In this document: positions 11,946 to 22,615 of the stretch, in pieces
Layout of the letters: each line of letters starts with the position of its first letter
Numbering within the stretch: position 1 is the first letter of the stretch
From: Pristiophorus japonicus
Lineage: Eukaryota
Assembly (NCBI RefSeq): GCF_044704955.1
Contig: NW_027250770.1
Span: forward strand, 1 to 64,000
Length of the DNA: 64,000 bases
Reading direction: 5' to 3'
Notes under the pieces: generated by a model
Databases searched by the model: none
The model's input: the letters and a program-made list of their open reading frames with translations, nothing else
What the model was told of the DNA's origin: nothing
Position numbers and translations under genes: made by a program

Positions 11946-12027
11946 GATTATATGGTAAAAACCACTTTAAAGTTCTTAATTGTTTGGATTGTAACAAATA
12001 ATCGCCATAAAATGTATTTTCTTGCAG

Positions 12028-12339
12028 GTCGTGTGGTACATCATCCAGCTGTTATCCTTACCTTGAGTTCCAAGGAAGAAATCACCAGCAGCAGATCTGC
12101 AACCGCCGTGTGTTCAATCATCGATTTCCGGCCAAAGTCACTGACCGTGAATTGGCTGAAGAATGGACAAATTATGAAATCGGGCTTCATCACCTCTCCC
12201 GTATGTGAGGTGAATGGGAACTTCTCGGCGAGCAGTCGCCTGACATTCTCTGCCGCGGAGTGGTTCGCCCACTCAGTCTATACCTGCCAGGTCTCTCATC
12301 AAGGAATCACCCAAAACCGAACTATCACCAGACCTCCGG
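12028..12339 (+). CDS. IGHM: IgM CH2 exon
   Basis: TTGCAG| acceptor, 312 nt, [42 protein letters not shown]...[10 protein letters not shown]|GTAAGA donor. Confidence 0.95.
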
Positions 12340-12639
12340 GTAAGAGACATCGCCCCGGGAAGTTCCGGATCACTCTGAGCGCTGATCTCAGTCAGGGCTT
12401 TAATCGTAATGAGTAAAAAAGCACAGAACTATTTCTCATTTCTAATCATACAGTTTGTTTTTCCTTTCGGTGTAAGCCCTGACTGAGGATTCCTCATGGT
12501 TCATGATTCCGTCACTTTGCTAAAGGTTGTCCTCTGCTTGCCCTTCGGCTCAGCTTTATCCTGAGTTGCCTGAGCATATTGGGATCGACAGTCGGTGTCT
12601 CCAGGCCTTTACTCTGTAAGGGCCACTGCTAGAAATTGC

Positions 12640-13365
12640 TAGAAAGGGTGTAGACAAATAAAGTGACCTTGGAGTGCATGTCCACAGATCCCTAAAGTTA
12701 GCACGCCATCTAAATAAGTGGGTTAAGAAGGCAGACGGAATATTTACCTTTATTAGTCGAGGCATGGAATAAAATAGCAAGGAGCTTATGCTTGAACTGT
12801 ATAAAACACTGGTTAGGCCCCAGCTGGAGTAGCACGTGCATTTCTGGTCACCAGGTTACAGGAAAGATGCGATTGTACTGGAACGGGTGCAGAGGAGATT
12901 TACCAGGAAGTTGTCTGGACTGGAGAATTTTGGCTATGAGGAAAGATTGGATAGGCTGGGTCTATTTTGTTTCGAACAGAGGAGACTGAGGGGAGACCTG
13001 ATTGAGATGTATAAGATTATGAGGGGCCTTGATAGAGTGGATAGGAAGGACCTGTTCCCCTTGGCAGATGAGTCAACAACCAGGGGACACAGATTTAAAG
13101 TAATTGGGGCGAGGTTTAGAGGAGATATGAGAGGAAATGTCTTCATCCAGAACGTAGTGTGGGTCTCGAAATCACTACCTGAAAGGGTGGTAGAGGCTGA
13201 AACCATCAGCACATTAAACAAATATATTGGATATGCAATGAACCTACAGGGCTACGGACCAAGAGCTGGAAAGTGGGATTAGGCTGGATTGCTCTTGTTT
13301 GGCCGGCGCGGACACGATGGGCCAAAATTGCCTCTTTCCATGCTGAAAATGTCTATGATTTTATG
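12640..13365 (+). mobile_element. CR1 LINE 3' fragment
   Basis: ORF 12836-13282 FWSP...LERVQRRFTR...YEERLDRLGLF...RRLRGDLIEMYKI...TRGH...QGYGPRAGKWD*. Confidence 0.9.
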
Positions 13366-13374
13366 ATCTGCCTT

Positions 13375-13927
13375 TTTAGAACACAGCATTCAGTTCTGGG
13401 CACCGCACCGCAGGATGGATAAACTGGCTTTAGAGCGGGTGCAACGCAAATTCACCCGAATGATACCGGGCTAAAACGGCTAAATGATGAGGACGGGTTA
13501 GGCTTGTATTCCTTTGTGTAGAATGTGAAGAGGCGATGTAATTGAGGTGTTTACGTTGATAAATGGAACTGATGTGGTAGATAGCGAGAAAATATTTCCT
13601 CTGGTGCGGTACTTCAGAACCAGGGACAGAACTTTAAAAGTAGATCTACACCATTCAGGGGTAATGTCAGGAAGGATAATTTCACACAAAGTCTCGTGTA
13701 CATCTGGAACTCTCTCCCCCCCACCCGACCCCCGGCCTCCCAAAGCTGTTGAGGGTAGGGGTCAATTGAACATGTCAAAACTGAGATTGATAGATCTTTG
13801 TTAGGCAAGGGTGTAAAGGGTTGTACAACCAAAGCGGGTAGATGGTGTTGAGGTAGATATCAGCCATGATCTGATTGAATGGCAGAACAGGATGGATGGG
13901 CTGAATGGACTTCTCCTGTTCCTATGA
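13375..13927 (+). mobile_element. Degenerate CR1 3' fragment
   Basis: 'cagttctgggcaccg...gggtgcaacgcaaattcacccgaatgatacc' to 'gggctgaatggacttctcctgttcctatg'. Confidence 0.75.
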
Positions 13928-14633
13928 CACTATTACTGTCCTGCGGTTATATTCCCTCCTTACTCTCTCTCACTAGACATGATAAAAGCTCACTAATGAC
14001 AGAAATTTAAAAAAAAACTACTTCACATCAGTATTGCAATTTATTCCCCATGGCAAAAGACCCCTTGAAATTCCCTCCCCAAGACCTTTTACTTCTGCTC
14101 TGCCGAGGGCTGCTACTGGTTCCTGCACATTTTCATCAACCCCAAAATCACAAGACACCAGAAAATTAACTTTGTTTCCTGTTGCAACTATAATCCTGGA
14201 TTTAACTTGACACTCGTTTTGAACCAGTGTAATTTCCATGTAGAGCTCTTCATCCTGGGGGTGGAGCCATTATACTGAGCGCAAATGCGTTCGGGCAGAA
14301 GGATCGATAGACGGGCGTAAAGGAGCAAGGATTTTCGGGACGAGCGCTATTCAGTGCATAACACAATTGCACCCAACTTTATTCAATGTTTTATGCCGGG
14401 TCTTTGCCTCACAGCCGATCACAGGTGGCTCTGGGTGCAAATACACAGGAAATGTTAAAGCGTCTCCCGGGATGGTTGCCAATTCGTTGTCCTTCCAATA
14501 ATGATGGTTGTTAAGCAACAACGAGAGGTTAATATCTCAAAGGTGATTTATTCTCCTTTTGGGAGTTAAGCAGAATGCTGCTATCCTGACTCTGGAGATG
14601 AAGCTTTGCTTGACTTTCATTTCTGCTTCACAG

Positions 14634-14939
14634 AAGATTCCTCGTGCAACGATCCAAAAATCACTCTTTTGCCGCCCTCACTCGAGCAGGTCTTAATGGA
14701 GGCGACAGTGACCTTAACCTGCATCGTGTCGAATGCTCCTTTTGGAGTCACCGTGTCCTGGGAGCGGAAAAAGGACATTTTGAAACCAGGGAATCACGGT
14801 GAACCGGGAGAGGGCGACAGTGTGATCAGCAAGTTAGACATCTCGACACAAGACTGGCTGAGTGGGGATGTGTTTGACTGCGTGGCGAGCCATCGGGATA
14901 TGCACACTCCGATCAGAGGTTCCATCCACAAGGAAATGG
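14634..14939 (+). CDS. IGHM: IgM CH3 exon
   Basis: CACAG|AAG acceptor (NAGNAG), 306 nt, [29 protein letters not shown]...[14 protein letters not shown]|GTGAGC donor. Confidence 0.95.
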
Positions 14940-15455
14940 GTGAGCGGCGTGATTGTAGTAACACGTGAGAGGCTCTGACTATTCCCGGTGCTTGTGCATG
15001 GGCCAATTCGTTCAAATAAGTATATTAATAGATTACTTTGATAATTCAAATGGTAATCCCACGGACTAAATACTCTGGGATATGGGATGATGCATTTAAG
15101 GGGAAGTTAGATAATTGCAGGAGGGAGAAAGCAATAGAAGGACATGTTACGTGGTTTAGATGGTGAGCTGGGAGAAGGTTCGTGTGGAGCATAAAAGTTG
15201 GTATAAATCAGTTGGCCGAATGGCCTGGTTCCTAGCAGTGATTCCTGTGTAATTTTCCAGTACAACTCTTCAAGCTCCCAGAGAGAAGGATTTTATTCCA
15301 TTCTGTTCTGGGCTGAAAAACTGGACAGGCCACAGAGGCGAAAAAGGGAATCCTTTAAAATTCAGCGCAAACCACGTATCTCGCACATTTAACCACCGGT
15401 GTCATTGTCTCTGGAAGTCTCCAGTTTATTGATGTTTATTGTAATTGATCTGCAG

Positions 15456-15847
15456 CTAACGATCCGCGGGAACCGGCCGTGTCTGTCCTCCTGCCCTCGG
15501 CAGAAGAAATCTCCGCTCAGAGGTTGGTCAGCCTCACCTGCTTAGTGAGAGCTTTCTCCCCGCGAGAGATCTTCGTCAAGTGGACCGTCAATGACAAGCC
15601 GGTGAATTCGGGCAACTACACGAACACCGAGGTGAAGACGGAGAACAGCAGCAGCTCTTTCTTCACGTACAGCCTGTTATCCATTGCAGCCGAGGAGTGG
15701 GCCAGCGGTGCTTCTTACTCCTGTGTGGTAGGACATGAAGCCATCCCCTTGAAGACCATCATCAGAACAGTCAATAAATCCAGCGGTAAACCCAGTTTTG
15801 TGAACATTTCTCTTGGTCTGATGGACACCGTCAATGCTTGTCAATGA
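15456..15847 (+). CDS. IGHM: IgM CH4 exon plus secretory tailpiece
   Basis: TGCAG| acceptor; [27 protein letters not shown]...[13 protein letters not shown]; internal donor G|GTAAA after 15785 for the membrane form; tail [20 protein letters not shown] with an NIS sequon and penultimate Cys. Confidence 0.96.
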
Positions 15848-15875
15848 GAATCTCTCGATTGCATTTCAGTTCTTA

Positions 15876-15891
15876 AATAAAAACCAATAAA
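15876..15891 (+). terminator. Secretory-form polyadenylation signals (2x AATAAA)
   Basis: AATAAA at 15876 and 15886, 30-45 bp after the stop codon. Confidence 0.85.
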
Positions 15892-16281
15892 GGCCTTTTC
15901 TTCCAATCGTGAGTTACACACACAGCCGCTCAATTAATTTTGTTTCCCATTTTTGCCAAGGGGCGGGCTGCTAATGTGAAGCAGAATATTTGTCGGACTT
16001 GGGCACAAAGCTTGTACAGCCAGCGCTCCCAGCTCAGATACACCACAGTTTGGAGACAGAGTGAAGCTCTTTGATGACAGGATTCCTCAAAGTAATTTCA
16101 GCAACTTTCTTCCCACTGGCAGAACCTGCAAAGTTCCATTTTCCGACAAACAAATGCAGCACATTTAGATCTATGTGTCATTGTTTCTCGTGTTGTCCAT
16201 CCCTTCAGATTTGGGGCCGGTTTTAATTGGCAGCATCGCACCCTCTTGGATCTGAAATGAGGGCGACACGGGAACAGGAAC

Positions 16282-18500
16282 TGTACCTCCCACTGCCCCA
16301 CCAGAGAGAGAGAACACGTCAATTGTTAAACCCCTGTACCCCCCACTGACCCAACAGAGAGAGAGAACAAGTCAATTGTTAACCCCCTGTACCTCCCACT
16401 GACCCACCAGAGAGAGAGAACAAGTCAATTGTTAACCCCCTGTACCCCCCACTGACCCACCAGAGGGGAAAGGTCAATTGTTAACACCCTGTAACCCCCA
16501 CTGCCCCAACAGAGAGAGAGAACACGTCAATTGTTAACCCCCCGTACCCCCCCACTGACCCACCAGAGAGAGAGAACAAGTCAATTGTTAACCCCCTGTA
16601 CCCCCCACTGACCCACCAGAGGGGAAAGGTCAATTGTTAACCCCCTGTACCCCCCACTGTCCCACCAGAGAGAGAGAACAAGTCAATTGTTAACCCCCTG
16701 TACCTCCCACTGCCCCACCAGAGAGAGAGAACAAGTCAATTGTTAACCCCCTGTACCTCCCACTGCCCCACCAGAGAGAGAGAACAAGTCAATTGTTAAC
16801 CCCCTGTACCCCCCACTGACCCAACAGAGAGAGAGAACAAGTCAATTGTTAACCCCCTGTACCTCCCACTGCCCCACCAGAGGGGAAAGGTCAATTGTTA
16901 ACCCCCTGTACCCTCCACTGACCCACCAGAGAGAGAGAACAAGTCAATTGTTAACCCCCTGTACCCCCCACTGACCCAACAGAGAGAGAGAACAAGTCAA
17001 TTGTTAACCCCCTGTACCCACCACTGACCCACCAGAGGGGAAAGGTCAATTGTTAACCCCCTGTACCCCCCACTGACCCACCCGGGGGAGGGGAAATGTC
17101 AATTGTTAACCCACGGTACTCCCACTGCCTCAACAGAGCGAGAGGAAAGGTCAATTGCTAACCCCCTGTACCCCCCACTGCCCCACCAGAGGGGAAAGGT
17201 CAATTGTTAACCCCCTGTACCCTCCACTGCCCCACCAGAGGGGAAAGGTCAATTGTTAACCCCCTGTACCCTCCACTGCCCCACCAGGGGGAGGGGAAAG
17301 TTCAATTGTTAACCCAATGTACTCCCACTACCGCACTAGAGAGAGGGGAAAGGTCAACTGTTAATTCATTGTAAGACCACTGCCCCAACAGAGGGAGGGG
17401 AAAGGTCAATTGTTAACCCCCTGTACCCCCCACTGCCCCACCAGAGAGAGGGGAAAGGTCAATTGTTAACCCCCTGTACCCCCCACTGCCCCACCAGAGA
17501 GAGGGGAAAGGTCAATTGTTAACCCCCTGTACCCACCACTGACCCACCAGAGGGGAAAGGTCAATTCTTAATCTCCTGCACCTCCCACTGCCCCACCAGA
17601 GAGAAGGGAAAGGTCAATTGTCAAACCCCTGTACCTCACACTGCCCCACCAGAGAGAAGGGAAAGGTCAATTGTCAACCCCCTGTACCTCACACTGCCCC
17701 ACCAGAGAGAGGGGAAAGGTCAATTGTTAACCCCCTGTACCTCCCACTGCCCCGCCAGAGAGAGAGTGGAAAGGTCAATTGTTAACCCCCTGTACCTCCC
17801 ACTGCCCCGCCAGAGAGAGAGTGGAAAGGGCAATTGTTAACCATCTGTACCTCACACTGCCCCACCAGAGAGAGCAAAGGTCAATTGTTAATCCCCTGTA
17901 ACTCCCATTGCCCCACCAGAGGGAGGGAAAAGTGCAATTGTTAACCCCCTGTACCCCCCACCACCCCACCAGAGAGGAAAGTCAATTGTTAACACCCTGT
18001 ACCCGCCACTGACCCACCAGAGATAAAGCAAAGGTTAATTGATAATCTCCTCTACCTCTCACTGCCCCACCAGAGATAGAGCAAAGGTTAATTGATAATC
18101 TCCTCTACCTCTCACTGCCCCACCAGAGATAGAGCAAAGGTTAATTGATAATCTCCTCTACCTCTCACTGCCCCACCAGAGATAGAGCAAAGGTTAATTG
18201 ATAATCTCCTCTACCTCCCACTGCCCCACCAGGGGGAGGGGAGAGGTCAATTGTTAACCCCCTGTACCCCCCACTGCCCCATCAGGGGGAGGGGAAAGGG
18301 CAATTGTTTACCACTGTACCTCCCACTGCCCCACCAGAGAGAGCAAAGGTCAATTGTTAACTACTGTACCTCCACTGCCCCATCAGTGAGAGGGGAAAGG
18401 TCAATTGTTAACTCATTGTGTCTCCGATTCTCCAACACAGTGAGGGGAAACGGCAATTGTGAAGCCACTGTACCCCTCAATTCCCACCAGGGAGAGATGC
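16282..18500. repeat. 48/53-bp C-rich minisatellite in the CH4-TM1 intron (~40 copies)
   Basis: Unit caattgttaaccccctgtacctcccactgccccaccagagagagagaacaagt (53 bp) or ...cagaggggaaaggt (48 bp). Confidence 0.93.
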
Positions 18501-18629
18501 CCATCGTTGAATTGTTGCATTCCGTCGCCTGACGTCACCTGGCGTCTCACGCTGAAAACATTTACACAGAGCGGGGAAGAATGCGTGCAAAAGTGAGTGC
18601 GTGTGTTTTTGTGAAAGTTCACGCTTACA

Positions 18630-19290
18630 CATAAACACACAGAGACTTACACATAAACACGCACATAGGCACACTTACACAGGATATTACACATGCCCAG
18701 AATATAATACACACCGTCATTGTCTGAACCAGTTATTAGTACTCTCTGAAAGTTGAAATGACAGCAAAAATACACACACACACCCTTACACTAAACAGAC
18801 AAAAACACACGCATTAACACACATACACACATACACACACACACATGCACTTACACTCGCATAAACACACACATCAACACAATCCCACTAACGCATAACA
18901 CACACACACACACACATTTACATGCGAACACACACATTTACACATAAGCGCACACATGCTTACCCCTAAACCTACACAACACTTACACATAACCATACAC
19001 ACACACATGAAAAACACACACATGAACGTACTTATACAAAACACACACATTTAAACATAAATACACAAAATTTCATAGAAACACACAAAGACCGACAAGT
19101 AAACGTACACAAGCGTACGAAAATAAACACACACTTACACTTAAATATAGATGCATAGAATCGCACATTAACACCCGTAAACTTGCATAGCAACATTACA
19201 TTAACACACATCAACACACAAACACAGACTAAACCAGAACAAGTGATCGTCATGCACATATATGTAAACACTAAAGTGCACAAAATACAT
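18630..19290. repeat. Degenerate (CA)n-rich low-complexity tract
   Basis: Interrupted acacac runs. Confidence 0.85.
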
Positions 19291-19910
19291 CAGGCTATCG
19301 ATGAATATAGAATTAAAATACACTCTTGGAACAGTCTCCCAACCATTATATTAAATACATCATTTCTGATGTCATAATATCTCACATTCCTCTATTCTGG
19401 TCCTGCACACACACTGAATTAACGTTCTTAGTTGGAAACTGATGCAAGTTAATTATGTTCAGAACACTGACCGTCACAAACTAATCAACATTATAACTCA
19501 CATCCGACGTCTTACCCTGCCCCCTTGACAGTCTCCAAATAATTAGGTCGCTAAAACTATTGTTAAAATAATCGGTATCGCTCAGTAAAGCTCCCTCGAT
19601 ATTACATCATACTATTCCCGAACGGTAAATCCTATGAAATTGATACAAAATCAATGAGCGTGTGACATTGAAGGAAAACTGTCAAATTTTCCAACACGGA
19701 CTGTAGGAGGATCAGAAAGGAGGAGCGACTGTGGAATTAGGAACACAGATAGATTGTTGGGAGTGATTAACTTAACACAGGGCATACATTCAACATCAAG
19801 TTAGAGAACAAACTAATACCTTAAGGCAATAAAATAGAATATATAACAATAATACGATATTTTGGATTAGCAAACGATCTGAATATTTTTCCTCCTCTAC
19901 CTCCCCGCAG

Positions 19911-20038
19911 ATTGCTCAGATCACATCTGGGATGAAGACTACGAGGGCCAGAGCGGCAACATCTGGACAACCGCCTCCACATTCATCATCCTGTTCTTCC
20001 TGAGCATGTTCTATAGCGCTGCCGTCACTCTGGTGAAG
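19911..20038 (+). CDS. IGHM: IgM transmembrane exon TM1
   Basis: CCCGCAG| acceptor; (D)CSDHIWDEDYEGQSGNIWTTASTFIILFFLSMFYSAAVTLVK with the conserved antigen-receptor TM motif; AAG|GTGAGA donor. Confidence 0.95.
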
Positions 20039-20178
20039 GTGAGAAGATTCAGTGCATTCGCTTCGAGCTGACTGAAGCGGTTTGCCAAATCTCTGAATCG
20101 TTTCATTGATACAAACCCCTGAGATAAATGCCCCAAAGCACTAAATCCCTGCTTCAATCTTTTGTCCCTCTTTTACAG

Positions 20179-20187
20179 GTCAAGTGA
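20179..20187 (+). CDS. IGHM: IgM TM2 exon (VK*), completing the KVK cytoplasmic tail
   Basis: TTTTACAG|GTC AAG TGA. Confidence 0.92.
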   Translation, partial: VK

Positions 20188-20250
20188 TCGGCTGGATCTC
20201 GGCCGCCGTGGAGTTTCCCCATCTGGTTATTAACATCACTGTGTCCTGAA

Positions 20251-20597
20251 AATAAACTAGGTCCTCTTGGTGATTCCCCGAGTCAATTGACTTCAGTTTT
20301 TTCGTCTCTGTGTTTGAGAAGTGAGATAATCGTGGCTATAATGTAAATGTATCTCTGAGTTTCATAATTGTTTGAATATCTCGTGTATAACGAAGTCACT
20401 TTTCTCATTCATGATCCACAATTATGCCCTTCCCTTTATGTTGAACTGTTTCTCTCTCCCTGGTGTCTGTTACAGTTGTACAGATAGCTGGCAGCTCAGA
20501 CCTCGTGTGTTCCAGGCTCAATGTGACTCTCAGTTCAATTTGTGTTAACATTTTATAAACGTCTCTGTAAATTGTTCTTTGTGAAATTGTTAATAAA
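20251..20597 (+). terminator. Candidate membrane-form polyA signals (AATAAA at 20251 and 20592)
   Basis: Exact hexamers downstream of TM2; which one is used is unknown. Confidence 0.55.
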
Positions 20598-20765
20598 TCA
20601 TGAATGATAAATGGAATGTATTGGACTTTGTTGAGTTCCTTTCTCCAAGGCTCATTCACATCGTTCCCTTTCCCTATCACACTTAGTTTTATTCCCCTGA
20701 GAGTTGTTCATCACCCGTCCTGTCTGGGTTGTGTTTGAATCCAAGTCCCTTCGGTGAAGGAGCCG

Positions 20766-20783
20766 CTGCGCCACCTAGTGTCC
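20766..20783 (-). promoter_or_regulatory. CTCF-binding motif 3' of the Ig cluster
   Basis: Minus strand reads GGACACTAGGTGGCGCAG versus consensus CCACYAGRKGGCRC. Confidence 0.65.
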
Positions 20784-20982
20784 GATCATTGTAACGACAC
20801 AATTCCCCCAGCCTTGTTACTTCATGCTGCACAGGCGATATGACTGCACAGCGAACAGGCGGATCATGCAGTCTCTTTTAATATTATGGTCCTTCACGTG
20901 CCAGGTTATGTTAAAGAGAAATACTCTGATGCATCAACGTCTGATAGATTATAGAACGTGTCAGAGTAAATCGCCTTTGAAG

Positions 20983-22145
20983 CTGTCCCATCGAACACTC
21001 CCAGGGCAGGTACATGGGGTTAGATACAGAGTAAAGCTCCCTCTACACTGTCCCATCAAACACTCCCAGGGCAGGTACATGGGGTTAGATACAGAGTAAA
21101 GCTCCCTCTACACTGTCCCATCAAACACTCCCAGGGCAGGTACAGGGGGTTAGATACAGAGTAAAGCTCCCTCTACACTGTCCCATCAAACACTCCCAGG
21201 GCAGGTACAGGGGGTTAGATACAGAGTAAAGCTCCCTCTACACTGTCCCATCAAACACTCCCAGGGCAGGTACAGGGGGTTAGATACAGAGTAAAGCTCC
21301 CTCTACACTGTCCCATCAAACACTCCCAGGGCAGGTACATGGGGTTAGATACAGAGTAAAGCTCCCTCTACACTGTCCCATCAAACACTCCCAGGGCAGG
21401 TACAGCACGGGGTTAGATACAGAGTAAAGCTCCCTCTACACTGTCCCATCAAACACTCCCAGGGCAGGTACAGGGGGTTAGATACAGAGTAAAGCTCCCA
21501 CTACACTGTCCCATCAAACACTCCCAGGGCAGGTACAGGGGGTTAGATACAGAGTAAAGCTCCCTCTACACTGTCCCATCAAACACTCCCAGGGCCGGTA
21601 CAACACGGGTTAGATACAGAGTAAAGCTCCCTCTACACTGTCCCATCAAACACTCCCAGGGCAGGTACAGGGGGTTAGATATAGAGTAAAGCTCTCTCTA
21701 CACTGTCCCATCAAACACTCCCAGGGCAGGTACAGGGGGTTAGATATAGAGTAAAGCTCTCTCTACACTGTCCCATCAAACACTCCCAGGGCAGGTACAG
21801 GGGGTTAGATACAGAGTAAAGCTCCCTCTACACTGTCCCATCAAACACTCCCAGGGCAGGTACAGCACGGGGTTAGATACAGAGTAAAGCTCCCTCTACA
21901 CTGTCCCATCAAACACTCCCAGGGCAGGTACAGGGGGTTAGATACAGAGTAAAGCTCCCTCAACACTGTCCCGTCAAACACTCCCGGAGCATGTACAGCA
22001 CGGGGTTAGATACAGAGAGTACAGTCCCATCTGCAATGTACCAACACACTCCCAGGGCAGGTCCAGCACGGGTTAGATACAGAGCAAAACACCATCTACA
22101 CAGTTCCACCACACAATGCAAGGGCAGCGACAGCACGGATTAGAT
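20983..22145 (-). repeat. 65-bp tandem repeat array (homogeneous, inverted relative to the 6.4-kb array)
   Basis: ccagggcagg recurs at 21001, 21066 and onward; ~17 copies. Confidence 0.95.
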
Positions 22146-22403
22146 ATGGCACAGAAAGTCCAGGGAGCTCAAACTCTGGGAGTGACACCTAAAGCCTGGG
22201 GCCTATGTGACAAACAGACAGTCGTTCCGTTTTTACTGTACACACACAGAAAGCAAAGAAAGAAACTAAAGTTGGAGAGACTTTTTTGAGAGAGAGGTTC
22301 GGGATCACACAGCGTCTGCAGGTACATTTGCAGCCTTCTGCCCAGTGAGCACCGCAAGATACAGGCAATGAGATAGGCGGGAAAATTGAAATTGTGATGT
22401 AAG

Positions 22404-22615
22404 ACTAATGTATGGAGAAAGAGTCAGACTGAACACTGTGAGTTCAAAGTAAAGTGTGACCTTAGTCTTCTATTGCAGGTCTCCAGAGTGCCTCTCCAAC
22501 CTGTGAAGCCTTCTGAAATATCTGTGCTCCCAAGAGATTATGGGATCCCTTGGCATTCCGGGGAATGCGCCTACTGGTGGCTGCACAGTGTAACTACAAG
22601 CCCACATATATAACA
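22404..22615 (-). repeat. 3' LTR (~210 bp)
   Basis: Direct repeat of 26783-26994 (tgtatggagaaag.gtcagactgaacactgtgag...taaca). Confidence 0.88.

Noticed and set aside
16282-18500. Regular repeats as a CRISPR array (also the 65-bp and 50-bp arrays)
   Set aside because: Vertebrate DNA, head-to-tail units without unique spacers, no cas genes
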